A stretch of DNA of 32,000 bases from the NCBI RefSeq assembly GCF_053102595.1, contig NZ_CM129850.1, one strand, 5' to 3'. A model generated the notes under the pieces. That model ran no database searches. It was not told the DNA's origin and saw only the letters and a program-made list of their open reading frames with translations. The stretch's first letter is position 1, and each line of letters begins with the position of its first letter. Positions 12,901 to 18,682 of the stretch are shown here, piece by piece. The translations under genes were made by a program, and so were the position numbers.

Positions 12901-15338
12901 TCAGGACGGCGCAGATCGCGGACCTGGTGGTCATTAAGGACGGCTCAGTGGCAGACGGCGCAATGGCGAACACGCTGCAGGTGAAGGTCACCGATGCGTT
13001 CGGCAATGCGCTTGGCGGACAGACGGTCAGCGTGACGGCAGGCAACAGCGCAACGGTCACTCCGACGGTCACCACGCAGTCGGACGGTACGGTGGAGTTC
13101 AGTGTCACCAGTCAGACGGCGGGAGTTAGCGCAGTCACAGCAACCATCAACAATCATAGCCTGAGCCAGAACGTCACCTTTGTACCGGGTGACGCATCGC
13201 AGCTCACTTCAACCGTTGAAACAAATAAGTCTAACTACACGGTTGGAGAGACCATCACCATCACGGTAACGCTCCGGGATGCGTTCGATAATCTGGTAAC
13301 CGGTGCAGCTTCACAGTTAGCCGCTAATAGTGTGCTGACGGTGGATGGCACCGACCCGTCAGAAACGGGAAGCTGGGTTGAATCAGGTGGCGTGTATACC
13401 ACAACCCGAATGGCGACGATTGCCGGTACCGATCAGCACGCTAACCTGCAACTGCAGACGTGGAGTGATGGTGTAACGTCAGATCGCTATGACATACAGT
13501 CCGGTTCTCCGGCGCAAGCCACATCAACTATCGCCACGGATAAAAACGCATACACCGCTGGCGAGACTATAACCGTCGCCGTGACGCTGAAAGATGCGCA
13601 CGGTAACCTGGTTGAAGGGGGCGAGTCCTTACTGTCTGGTGATAACGTAACAGTGGAAGGAGCCGTACGTTCAGGAGAGTGGTCTGAAACTGCCGGTGTT
13701 TATACTGCTACATGGTCGGCGCAAATGGCGGGAGACTCTCACCACGCGACGCTGACGTTGTCCGAGTGGGGCAGCAGTAAACAATCAGAGAGTTATTCCA
13801 TCCACAGTGGTGCTCCGGTGCAGGCAAATTCTGCTATCAGGACAGATAAATCGGCATATATCGCCGGGGAGCCATTAACTGTCACAATAACGTTGCGGGA
13901 TGAGTTTGGTAACCCTGCTTTAGGGCTGACATCAGAAGTCATCGAGTCTTATATCGATAATTTCGCGGTAGGTGGCGCAACTTCCGATTCTATGCAGTGG
14001 GTCGAGCAGAATAATGGTGAATATACCATTGTCTGGACAGCATGGGTTGCCGAGGAAAATCTGGTTGCCAGTCTGAAATTAAAAACATGGGCAATGGAGA
14101 TTAAGTCCTCGTTATACGGAATACAACCAGGTGCGGCGGCAAAAACTCAATCCACGATTGTCACGGACAAAACGAAATATATCGCTGGGGATAGCATAAC
14201 GGTGACCGTTGTTCTTAAAGATGCCCAGGGTAACTTTATTACTGATGGTGTCGCGCAGCTTAATGAGGAAAACGTACAAGTCAGGAACGCTGATTCTATT
14301 CAAGGCAATAATTGGGTTTACAACGGCGATGGTAAATATCAAAGACAGTATATGGCGCATTTTGCGGAAGCGAATTTGAATGCGCAACTGAAGATGGCTG
14401 GTTGGAGCGATGCCAATTATTCAAAAAACTACACTATTAACAGAGGTGAAGTAAGTATGTTTCGTTCACAGCTTCGTATACGCGAAGTTTTAGTGGTAGC
14501 TGGGGCGGATATACCTGTTAGTGTTTTATTATCTGATGAATTTGGTAATCCTGTGAATGACGGTCTGGAATTGCTGACAGAGGATGCCGTGTACTTACAA
14601 AATGTGGAAAAGAAAGAAGGGGCTAAATGGGTATCTGTGGGTGAAGGCAGATATGAGCGTACCTATAGGGCCTACAAAGAAGGAGAAAACTTAAACTCAT
14701 ATCTACATATTAATGGTTGGTATGTAGACGGGCAACCGTCTTATACCATCCTACCTTTTGTCGAAGTCGAGTCGCTGAGTGTTAATGGTGTAAGATTCAG
14801 GGCGACAGATGGTTTTCCAGAAACAGGGTTTGATGGTGCAAAATTCACGCTGTTACTAACCCATAATATGAGAAATACGGATTATAATTGGACGGCTGGG
14901 ATTTATGGAATTAATGTTGACAGTAATGGAGAAGTAACATTATCTCTGCTAATAAGAAGTGAAGTTACTATTACCGGGAAACCCAAGAATGGTAAAGGGA
15001 ATGATGTTGTATTTAAATTCAAGATTAAAAAATGGTTTACTAGTTTAGGTGCTGCCAGTAGTAATACCTGGGATATCATAAATGCTTCATGCAGCTATGG
15101 TCAAATGCCGTCATCTTTAGAATTAGCGCAGCGGCCAAGCGGTGGGGTAGTACCGCGAAAAGTAGGTACGTTGTGGGGCGAATATGGTAATTTGAAAACT
15201 TATGGGAACGCTTTTAGCGGTACGGATTATTGGACAACCACTCAGCTCTTAGGGGTACACGAGAAATTTAATCCTGAAACTGGTATATCAGAGCTTGGGA
15301 CAGGAAAGTCTTCTGGCTTGTGTGTAGAGTATTATTAA
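3915..15338 (+). CDS. air: Giant intimin/invasin-family inverse autotransporter adhesin with bacterial Ig-like repeats (3807 aa), Air-like (enteroaggregative immunoglobulin repeat protein)
   Basis: Single open frame. N-terminal extended signal-like segment, LysM-like region, inverse autotransporter beta-barrel (WLSRWGTARVSLGVDEDFSLKSSSFEFLHPWYE...), post-barrel motif RRSLVGSRYDLVDRNNNIVLEYRKK, many Big_1/invasin-like Ig domains, and a C-terminal lectin-like end. Adjacent to the HilA-like gene and translocator operon. Confidence 0.9.
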   Translation: MAGKAHGNGDRRGDNTICGLGDRLRRLTAGICLITQTIFPVMAAAPTHINHAHSDTATSLILPNVKTIPYTLGALETPPTVAARFGITVDELRRLNQFRTFARGFDNVRQGDEIDVPLINSNSPEARNLKAMQMERDGKDPQMQVAEVAQQSGTLLARDMDSEQAASMARGWVASSASAQATDWLSRWGTARVSLGVDEDFSLKSSSFEFLHPWYETPDNLVFSQHTLHRTDDRTQTNHGIGWRYFTPSWMSGVNMFIDHDLTRYHTRTGMGVEYWRDYLKLSGNGYLRLSNWRSAPELDNDYEARPANGWDLRAEGWLPAWPQLGGKLVYEQYYGDEVALFGKDERQNDPHAITAGLSYTPVPLISFSAEQRQGKQGENDTRIGMELTLQPGHSLQKQLDPAEVAARRSLVGSRYDLVDRNNNIVLEYRKKELVRLTLTDPLKGKPGEVKSLVSSLQTKYALKGYDIEAASLQSAGGKVAVSGKDIQVTIPPYRFTAMPETDNTYPIAVTAEDSKGNFSRREESMVVVEKPTLSLADSTLSVDLQILLADGKSTSTLTYTARDSSGKPIPGMTLKTQVKGLQDFALSEWKDNGNGTYTQIVTAGKTSGALSLMPQFNGDDIAKTPALIAIVANTASRADSTIETDQDNYVAGKPIVVKVTLRDDNGNGVTGRKELLKQTVKVDNTKADAVSAWTEESEGIYKASYTAHLIGDKLTAQLTMPGWQTKHSDAFSIAGDKDTAKIAAMQITANNAVARRDHNTVAVTVRDVHQNLLQGQNVTFTVVNGAAVFADPNGGIVTTDKDGIASVNLASDQAVNSLIKAEINGSSQSVEVSFITGDISQLTSTIKTDDVSYTAGGKIKVSVTLMDEQKNLVKGMASLLAGSGVVEVSGTDKNETGNWSEESDGVYTTTRTAKIASDRHYATLKLSTWSSAQQSDAYAIRESGAVLAYSSIVTDKTTYTAGGVIKVTVTLKDSYENLVGGQRDAINLAIQLPNTKAESIAWNEDQKGIYTATYTALLPGTGLKAQLQMSDWASALTSNDYSISGDAASAQIVAMQVTTGNPDVLANGSDRHTVNVRVEDQFGNVLPEQTVTFTVTKGAAVFANAGQSADIRTDAHGMAEVDLSSTVADASTVEAKVNQSSDSKTVNFVADVSTAQIADLVVIKDGSVADGSTANTLRVRVTDAFGNALDGQTVSVLADNSATVAPTVITEPDGTVEISVTSQTAGVSAVTASINNSSLSRNVTFVADVRTAKIADLEVIKDGSEADGATANTLRARVTDAFGNALAGQTVSVTAGNSATVASTVTTKPDGTVEISVTSQTAGVSTVTASINSSSQSRDVTFVADVRTAKIADLVVTRDNSVADASTANTLQVKVTDANGNTLAGQTVSVTAGNSATVASTVTTKPDGTVEISVTSQTAGSSTVTASINSSSLSRNVTFIADVRTAQIADLVVIKDGSEADGATANTLRARVTDAFGNALAGQTVSVLADNGATVASTVTTGPDGTVEISVISQTAGISAVTASINSSSQSRDVTFIADVRTAQIAELVVIKDGSEADGATANTLQVKVTDANGNALAGQTVSVLADNGATTAPTVITEPDGKVEISVTSQTAGVSAVTASINNSTLSQNVMFIADIRTAQIADLAVIKDGSVADGATANTLQVRVTDAFGNALAGQTVSVMADNGATVTPTVITGQDGTVEVSITSQTAGTSTGTASINNSSLSRNVTFIADVRTAKIADLVVTRDNAVADGAMANTLQVKVTDAFGNALNGQTVSVLADNGATTAPTVTTQPDGTVEISVTSQTAGVSAVTASINNSSLSRNVTFIADVRTAQIADLVVIKDDSVADGAMANMLRARVTDAFGNTLAGQTVSVTAGNGATVTPTVTTQPDGTVEISVTSQTAGISTVTATINNSSLSRDVTFVADVRTAKIADLVVIKDGSVADGAMANMLQVKVTDANGNVLAGQTVSMMAGNGATVAPTVITEPDGTVEIPVTSQTAGASAVTASINSSNASRNVTFVADVRTAQIADLVVIKDGSVADGAMANMLRARVTDAFGNTLAGQTVSVTAGNGATVAPTVITQPDGTVEISVTSQTAGTSTVTASINNSTLSQSVMFIADIRTAQIADLVVIKDGSEADGSTANTLRARVTDAFGNTLAGQTVSVLADNGATVASTVTTGQDGTVEISVTSQTAGISAVTVSINNSTLSQNVMFIADIRTAQIAELVVIKDNSVADGTTANTLQVKVTDAFGNALNGQTVSVFAGNGATVAPTVSTEPDGTVEISVTSQTAGISAVTASVNNSSQSQNVTFIADVRTAQIADLVVSQDNAVADGATANTLRARVTDAFGNALAGQTVSVLADNSATVTPTVITGQDGTVEISVTSQTAGTSAITASINTSSLSQNVTFVADVSTAKIADLVVTQDGSVADGATANTLRARVTDAFGNALAGQTVSVLADNGATVSPTVITGPDGTVEISVISQTAGISTVTASINSSSQSRDVTFVADVRTAQITDLAVIKDGSVADGATANTLQVTVTDAFGNTLAGQTVSVTAGNGATVAPTVITEPDGTVEISVTSQTAGISTVTASINSSTLSRNVTFIADVRTAKIADLVVTRDNSVADGAMANTLQVKVTDAFGNALNGQTVSVSADNSAMVTPTVTTQPDGTVEISVTSQTAGISTVTATINNSTLSRNVMFVADVRTAQIADLVVIKDDSAADGAMANMLRARVTDAFGNTLAGQTVSVMADNGATVASTMTTKPDGTVEISVTSQTAGISTVTATINNSTLSQNVTFIADVRTAKIADLVVIKDDSVADGAMANMLRARVTDAFGNTLAGQTVSVTAGNGATVTPTVTTQPDGTVEISVISQTAGTTAVTASINSSSQSRNVTFIADVRTAKIADLVVTRDNSVADASTANTLQVKVTDANGNTLAGQTVSVMAGNGATVAPTVITEPDGTAEIPVTSQTAGVSAVTASINSSNASRNVTFVADVRTAQIADLVVIKDGSVADGAMANTLQVKVTDAFGNALGGQTVSVTAGNSATVTPTVTTQSDGTVEFSVTSQTAGVSAVTATINNHSLSQNVTFVPGDASQLTSTVETNKSNYTVGETITITVTLRDAFDNLVTGAASQLAANSVLTVDGTDPSETGSWVESGGVYTTTRMATIAGTDQHANLQLQTWSDGVTSDRYDIQSGSPAQATSTIATDKNAYTAGETITVAVTLKDAHGNLVEGGESLLSGDNVTVEGAVRSGEWSETAGVYTATWSAQMAGDSHHATLTLSEWGSSKQSESYSIHSGAPVQANSAIRTDKSAYIAGEPLTVTITLRDEFGNPALGLTSEVIESYIDNFAVGGATSDSMQWVEQNNGEYTIVWTAWVAEENLVASLKLKTWAMEIKSSLYGIQPGAAAKTQSTIVTDKTKYIAGDSITVTVVLKDAQGNFITDGVAQLNEENVQVRNADSIQGNNWVYNGDGKYQRQYMAHFAEANLNAQLKMAGWSDANYSKNYTINRGEVSMFRSQLRIREVLVVAGADIPVSVLLSDEFGNPVNDGLELLTEDAVYLQNVEKKEGAKWVSVGEGRYERTYRAYKEGENLNSYLHINGWYVDGQPSYTILPFVEVESLSVNGVRFRATDGFPETGFDGAKFTLLLTHNMRNTDYNWTAGIYGINVDSNGEVTLSLLIRSEVTITGKPKNGKGNDVVFKFKIKKWFTSLGAASSNTWDIINASCSYGQMPSSLELAQRPSGGVVPRKVGTLWGEYGNLKTYGNAFSGTDYWTTTQLLGVHEKFNPETGISELGTGKSSGLCVEYY
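4122..4265 (+). other. LysM-like domain of the adhesin (approx. aa 70-117)
   Basis: YTLGALETPPTVAARFGITVDELRRLNQFRTFARGFDNVRQGDEIDVP has the LysM pattern seen in intimin/YeeJ-type proteins. Confidence 0.8.
4458..5115 (+). other. Inverse autotransporter beta-barrel domain (approximate boundaries)
   Basis: Alternating amphipathic strands with motifs WLSRWGTARVSLGVDEDFSLKSS, FIDHDLTRYHTRTGMGVEYWRDYLKLSGNGYLRLS and YYGDEVALFGKD. Confidence 0.85.
7365..13184 (+). repeat. 20 tandem in-register 291-bp (97-aa) Big_1-like repeat units
   Basis: Units start at ADVxTAxIADLxV (7365, 7656, 7947 ... 12894) and end at NVTFV just before PGDASQL at 13185. 5820 bp / 291 = exactly 20, and all 20 units can be listed from the translation. 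Confidence 0.97.
14460..15338 (+). other. C-terminal region of the adhesin including a lectin-like terminal domain with a Cys pair
   Basis: Divergent Ig-like domain, then ...NASCSYGQMPSS...LWGEYGNLKTYGNAFSGTDYWTT...GLCVEYY, resembling intimin/invasin C-terminal domains. Confidence 0.6.
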
Positions 15339-15350
15339 CGAAGTAATCAC

Positions 15351-15380
15351 TAAATTGCCCTGCATCAGCAGGGCAATTTA
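15351..15380. terminator. Bidirectional terminator-like hairpin between convergent air and eilA
   Basis: Perfect 13-bp inverted repeat taaattgccctgc-atca-gcagggcaattta in the 51-bp gap between the two convergent stop codons. Confidence 0.88.
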
Positions 15381-15389
15381 TATTAGTTC

Positions 15390-17087
15390 TTACGCAGAAG
15401 TCCGCATCACACCAATAGTATTAAATTCATTTTTCACACTGAGCAAACGGGGGTCATGAAGCAAAACATTTGACCACAAATCATTCTCTTTAATTAATTG
15501 TTGCCAGCGCTTTTCATATTCTTTTTTACCATAAACAGTGTAAATTAACGGCAAAATAACACCATTGATTTTGTTAGTGTTAATATTTGCCAGTAACTTC
15601 ATAATGTCATTTTTTATAGATGCGCCATAGATCAGAAACTTCGTATAAAGCGAGTTAACGCAGGTGTAATCAAGACCATGTTCAGGTTCAAGTTTAAGCA
15701 ATAAACTTTTGGCTTTGTCATTATGTCCTTTCAGTGCCATGAACATAGCCAGAATAGATGTAATAATTGGATTGTTACAGGTGTTTTGACTGTTAAGATT
15801 TAATGCAAAAGATATCGCGTTATCGAGGGGGGATGTGTAATAAAGTATAATTAATTTAAGAATGCTTATGCCCATTTTATTGGGTTCAAGAGCAATGCTT
15901 TTTTCTATTAAATTAAATGCTCTTGCAAGGTCGCCGTTCAAAAAACATAGCAGCGACTGATAATAATAAACGTCTGGCGAATTAGGTTTGAGTAAATGTG
16001 CTTGCTTAAACAGCACATTAGACACTGAATGTTCGTCTTTGAGTCCACTGATTAAGCCTAGCAATCCTAATGCCTGAGAATTTGAAGGGTTAATTTCCAG
16101 AGCCTTTTCAATGGAGGTTACTGCCGTAGTTATTGCTTGTTTTTGTTCACTGATTCCAAGGAGTGCTAATGATATATGGCATTCCGCCAGGCAACAGTAG
16201 GGCAAGGTATTTTGCGGTTGCGTACTCACACAATCTCTAAATATTACTAATGCTCGTTTCAAACTTTCTGGTGTATAACGGTACATTTCCATCCTGCCAT
16301 TCATATACATAACAGCAGAATCCAGAGATGGCATTTGTTGTGTATTAATGGATTTAAAATTAATGTTGGGTATTTTTTCAATAAGAATATTAATTACTTG
16401 TGATAATAGCACGGAAAGAGGATTGTCGGGGTTGAAATCAATACTTTGATGATCAATCAATTTATGCGTTCTGGCATGGATTAACTCAATAAATAAACGC
16501 CAGTTTTTACCATAGTGAACGACCTGACCCATAATATAATATTCTGGACCTGTTTTATTGATAAACTGATGGATAGTGGAGAAATCACTGGCCTCATTGG
16601 TTACCGAAGCGGGTAAAATATCTAAACCACAAAAAGCATATTTTGAAAGGCCCTGGACCAGTTCGTAATGGAGTTTTAGAACATTGATCGAACCTTCAGT
16701 ACGAAAGGGAAAAACGGCAAGAGTGGTGGTCGACTTTACCGGTTCATTATCGGTTACAATCACAATGGGGACAGTAAAACGGTATCCACGACCATAGACC
16801 GTTTCGATATACTTACACTGTTTATTCTCATGCAAAAGTTTACGCAATGCATAAATACACCGTGTTAAAGATTCATCACTGGCAACACTCGCGCTCCAGA
16901 CCTTATCGATAATCTCTTCTTTACTAACAATTTCACCGTCAGCATTAAGTAATAGAATGATAACGCCAAGTTCTTTCGGGGGAATATGATATTCTTTGTT
17001 TTTGAATAATAATATTCCATTGTTTTTTAATACAAAGTCACCAAATATATATTGTTGTGTATTATTTTTTCCATGTTGCAGTTGCAT
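15390..17087 (-). CDS. eilA: HilA/ToxR-like transcriptional regulator EilA: N-terminal OmpR-type winged helix plus C-terminal TPR-like region
   Basis: N-terminus FGDFVLKNNGILLFKNKEYHIPPKELGVIILLLNADGEIVSKEEIIDKVWSASVASDESLTRCIYALRKLL...YIETVYGRGYRF is an OmpR/HilA winged helix. TPR-like helices follow. Located beside Ipa/Sip homologues. Confidence 0.88.
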   Translation of the reverse strand: MQLQHGKNNTQQYIFGDFVLKNNGILLFKNKEYHIPPKELGVIILLLNADGEIVSKEEIIDKVWSASVASDESLTRCIYALRKLLHENKQCKYIETVYGRGYRFTVPIVIVTDNEPVKSTTTLAVFPFRTEGSINVLKLHYELVQGLSKYAFCGLDILPASVTNEASDFSTIHQFINKTGPEYYIMGQVVHYGKNWRLFIELIHARTHKLIDHQSIDFNPDNPLSVLLSQVINILIEKIPNINFKSINTQQMPSLDSAVMYMNGRMEMYRYTPESLKRALVIFRDCVSTQPQNTLPYCCLAECHISLALLGISEQKQAITTAVTSIEKALEINPSNSQALGLLGLISGLKDEHSVSNVLFKQAHLLKPNSPDVYYYQSLLCFLNGDLARAFNLIEKSIALEPNKMGISILKLIILYYTSPLDNAISFALNLNSQNTCNNPIITSILAMFMALKGHNDKAKSLLLKLEPEHGLDYTCVNSLYTKFLIYGASIKNDIMKLLANINTNKINGVILPLIYTVYGKKEYEKRWQQLIKENDLWSNVLLHDPRLLSVKNEFNTIGVMRTSA

Positions 17088-17235
17088 AGAACGCTCCTTC
17101 CATTTTCTCTATTCATAGTATTAATTTGATCTGTCTAAAATAAAGTATTGGCAGAATTGCTCTATCAAAAAACGCTCATTTTGTGAGATTGTGATGAAGA
17201 AATGAATGAAAGCTGATGCTTAATAATATGAAACA

Positions 17236-17258
17236 CTGGTCCCATTTTACGGGACCAG
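17236..17258 (-). terminator. Terminator/attenuator-like hairpin downstream of eipD
   Basis: Perfect 8-bp inverted repeat ctggtccc-attttac-gggaccag, starting 32 nt beyond the eipD stop and before eilA. The T-tract is weak. Confidence 0.45.
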
Positions 17259-17289
17259 ATAGTGGACGATAATTGTAGGTGTTACTTAA

Positions 17290-18639
17290 TCAGAAACGTA
17301 AATAATCTTTCGCTGAATCAAACAACGCAGTAATGGTTGAAGATAATAATTTTATAATTGTATCGTAGGTGGAGTTGGCTGTACTGTATTTAGTCGTTAT
17401 AACCTGCACGTCGGTTTTCATGTTTTCTGCCTGGCCATTATAACCCGCCAACCATGCCTGGTATTCAGCCGTGCTTATTTCGTAGCCGGTGAATTCTTTA
17501 GATATATTTTTTTCCTTCCCTTTATCATCCCTGTGAACCATTGAGTCTGAAGACTGGCTCATACTGTCAATAATCTGAGGGTTGGGAATAATAACATACA
17601 GACCGCTACCTTGCGGTTCAACTTCGACTATAGGAGAAGGTGTGCGGTGTTTTGGGTCGGGTGGAATAACCGGAAGTCCTAAAGCGGCGCACCATTTTTC
17701 TGCTTCTTCCAGTGGAACACCAATTTTGTCAGCAGGTGCCGGAGGGTATAAAACATAGTCTGGATTGTAATGATAATGAAAATCACCATTAGGATATTTA
17801 TCGATATAATAAAAATGCATCAAGGCTTTTTGGAATGCATTGACATCAAAAACTATCGCATCGCCTTTTTTATTAGAGTGAGTCCATTTTCCCATATTGC
17901 TTTGGATATGTTCACTGAAGTCCTGCCAGTATGCGCTCATTATCTCAACGCTATTTGCATAGATTTCGAGGTAGTCACTACCGAGCACACTCATCAAATC
18001 AGCAATATCACTACATATATATTTATCACTTTTAAATTCGCTTGAACTACTGGCCGTTAAAGTACTGCTGGTTGCTGAACTTCTCATTTCAGGCGCAAAA
18101 CTATCTAAAGAAGCGATAACGTGAGTTAAGGTTCCTTTGGTCGTTGCCATTGCACCTGGCCCGGTTGTGTTGTGAGCAACGTTAGCCAGGGTTTTTCTCA
18201 CAGCGTTATGCAGGGTCAATATTTTAGCGGGATCCTTTAATTTTCCGTCAATAGTATTAACATTTTCTGTAAGCTGCAGAACGTTTTTTATCAGCAAATA
18301 ACTTTCGTGTAAGAGCGCAGATCCTTTCTCTGACAGGTTCTCAGTTGGGAAATTTCTGAGCATGTTTTTAACGAAGTTAAGTTGTATGTCGTGCTGGCAT
18401 TTCCATTCTTCATTTCGCGGGCTACGTTCACTGACCAAAGTTGATAGTTTCTCAACATCTTTCTTGAGCATAGCGCCAATATTATTATCCTTACTGGCGC
18501 TGTTATGCAAATTTCCCTCGCTTTTGCTGTTTACCAGTTGATGAGGCTCCTCACTTTGCGAGGATGCCTCTTTGAGAGGAATGTTTGCATTCTGCTGACG
18601 TAGAATATCTATATTTAAATTATTATCTTTATTAATCAT
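17290..18639 (-). CDS. eipD: Type III secretion tip protein EipD (SipD/IpaD/BipD family)
   Basis: C-terminal signature AEYQAWLAGYNGQAENMKTDVQVITTKYSTANSTYDTIIKLLSSTITAL matches the conserved IpaD/SipD C-terminus. Confidence 0.9.
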   Translation of the reverse strand: MINKDNNLNIDILRQQNANIPLKEASSQSEEPHQLVNSKSEGNLHNSASKDNNIGAMLKKDVEKLSTLVSERSPRNEEWKCQHDIQLNFVKNMLRNFPTENLSEKGSALLHESYLLIKNVLQLTENVNTIDGKLKDPAKILTLHNAVRKTLANVAHNTTGPGAMATTKGTLTHVIASLDSFAPEMRSSATSSTLTASSSSEFKSDKYICSDIADLMSVLGSDYLEIYANSVEIMSAYWQDFSEHIQSNMGKWTHSNKKGDAIVFDVNAFQKALMHFYYIDKYPNGDFHYHYNPDYVLYPPAPADKIGVPLEEAEKWCAALGLPVIPPDPKHRTPSPIVEVEPQGSGLYVIIPNPQIIDSMSQSSDSMVHRDDKGKEKNISKEFTGYEISTAEYQAWLAGYNGQAENMKTDVQVITTKYSTANSTYDTIIKLLSSTITALFDSAKDYLRF

Positions 18640-18682
18640 GAGTCATTCCTCCTTAAATATAATTAACTATTATTGCAATTAT

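Noticed and set aside
7331-13108. Chain of long antisense ORFs (up to 580 aa, e.g. 8747..10489) opposite the adhesin repeats
   Set aside because: They are mirror images of a repeated GC-rich in-frame unit lacking stops on the complement. The translation is low-complexity (AVLTSATNVTFRL..., TLTVCPASALPNASVTL) with no start/RBS logic. Explained by repetition of one 291-bp unit.
7365-13184. Could the 20-unit array be a CRISPR or a noncoding satellite?
   Set aside because: The period is 291 bp, an exact multiple of 3, without spacers. The frame stays open throughout and each unit encodes an Ig-like domain.
17485-17802. Apparent proline-rich insertion in EipD (YPPAPADKIGVPLEEAEKWCAALGLPVIPPDP...)
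   Set aside because: As I recall IpaD/SipD, they have an equivalent domain between the two coiled-coil helices (NPLPKDAIIYNPD...IEQWAEEFG), so this is most likely the normal tip-protein domain with modest divergence.
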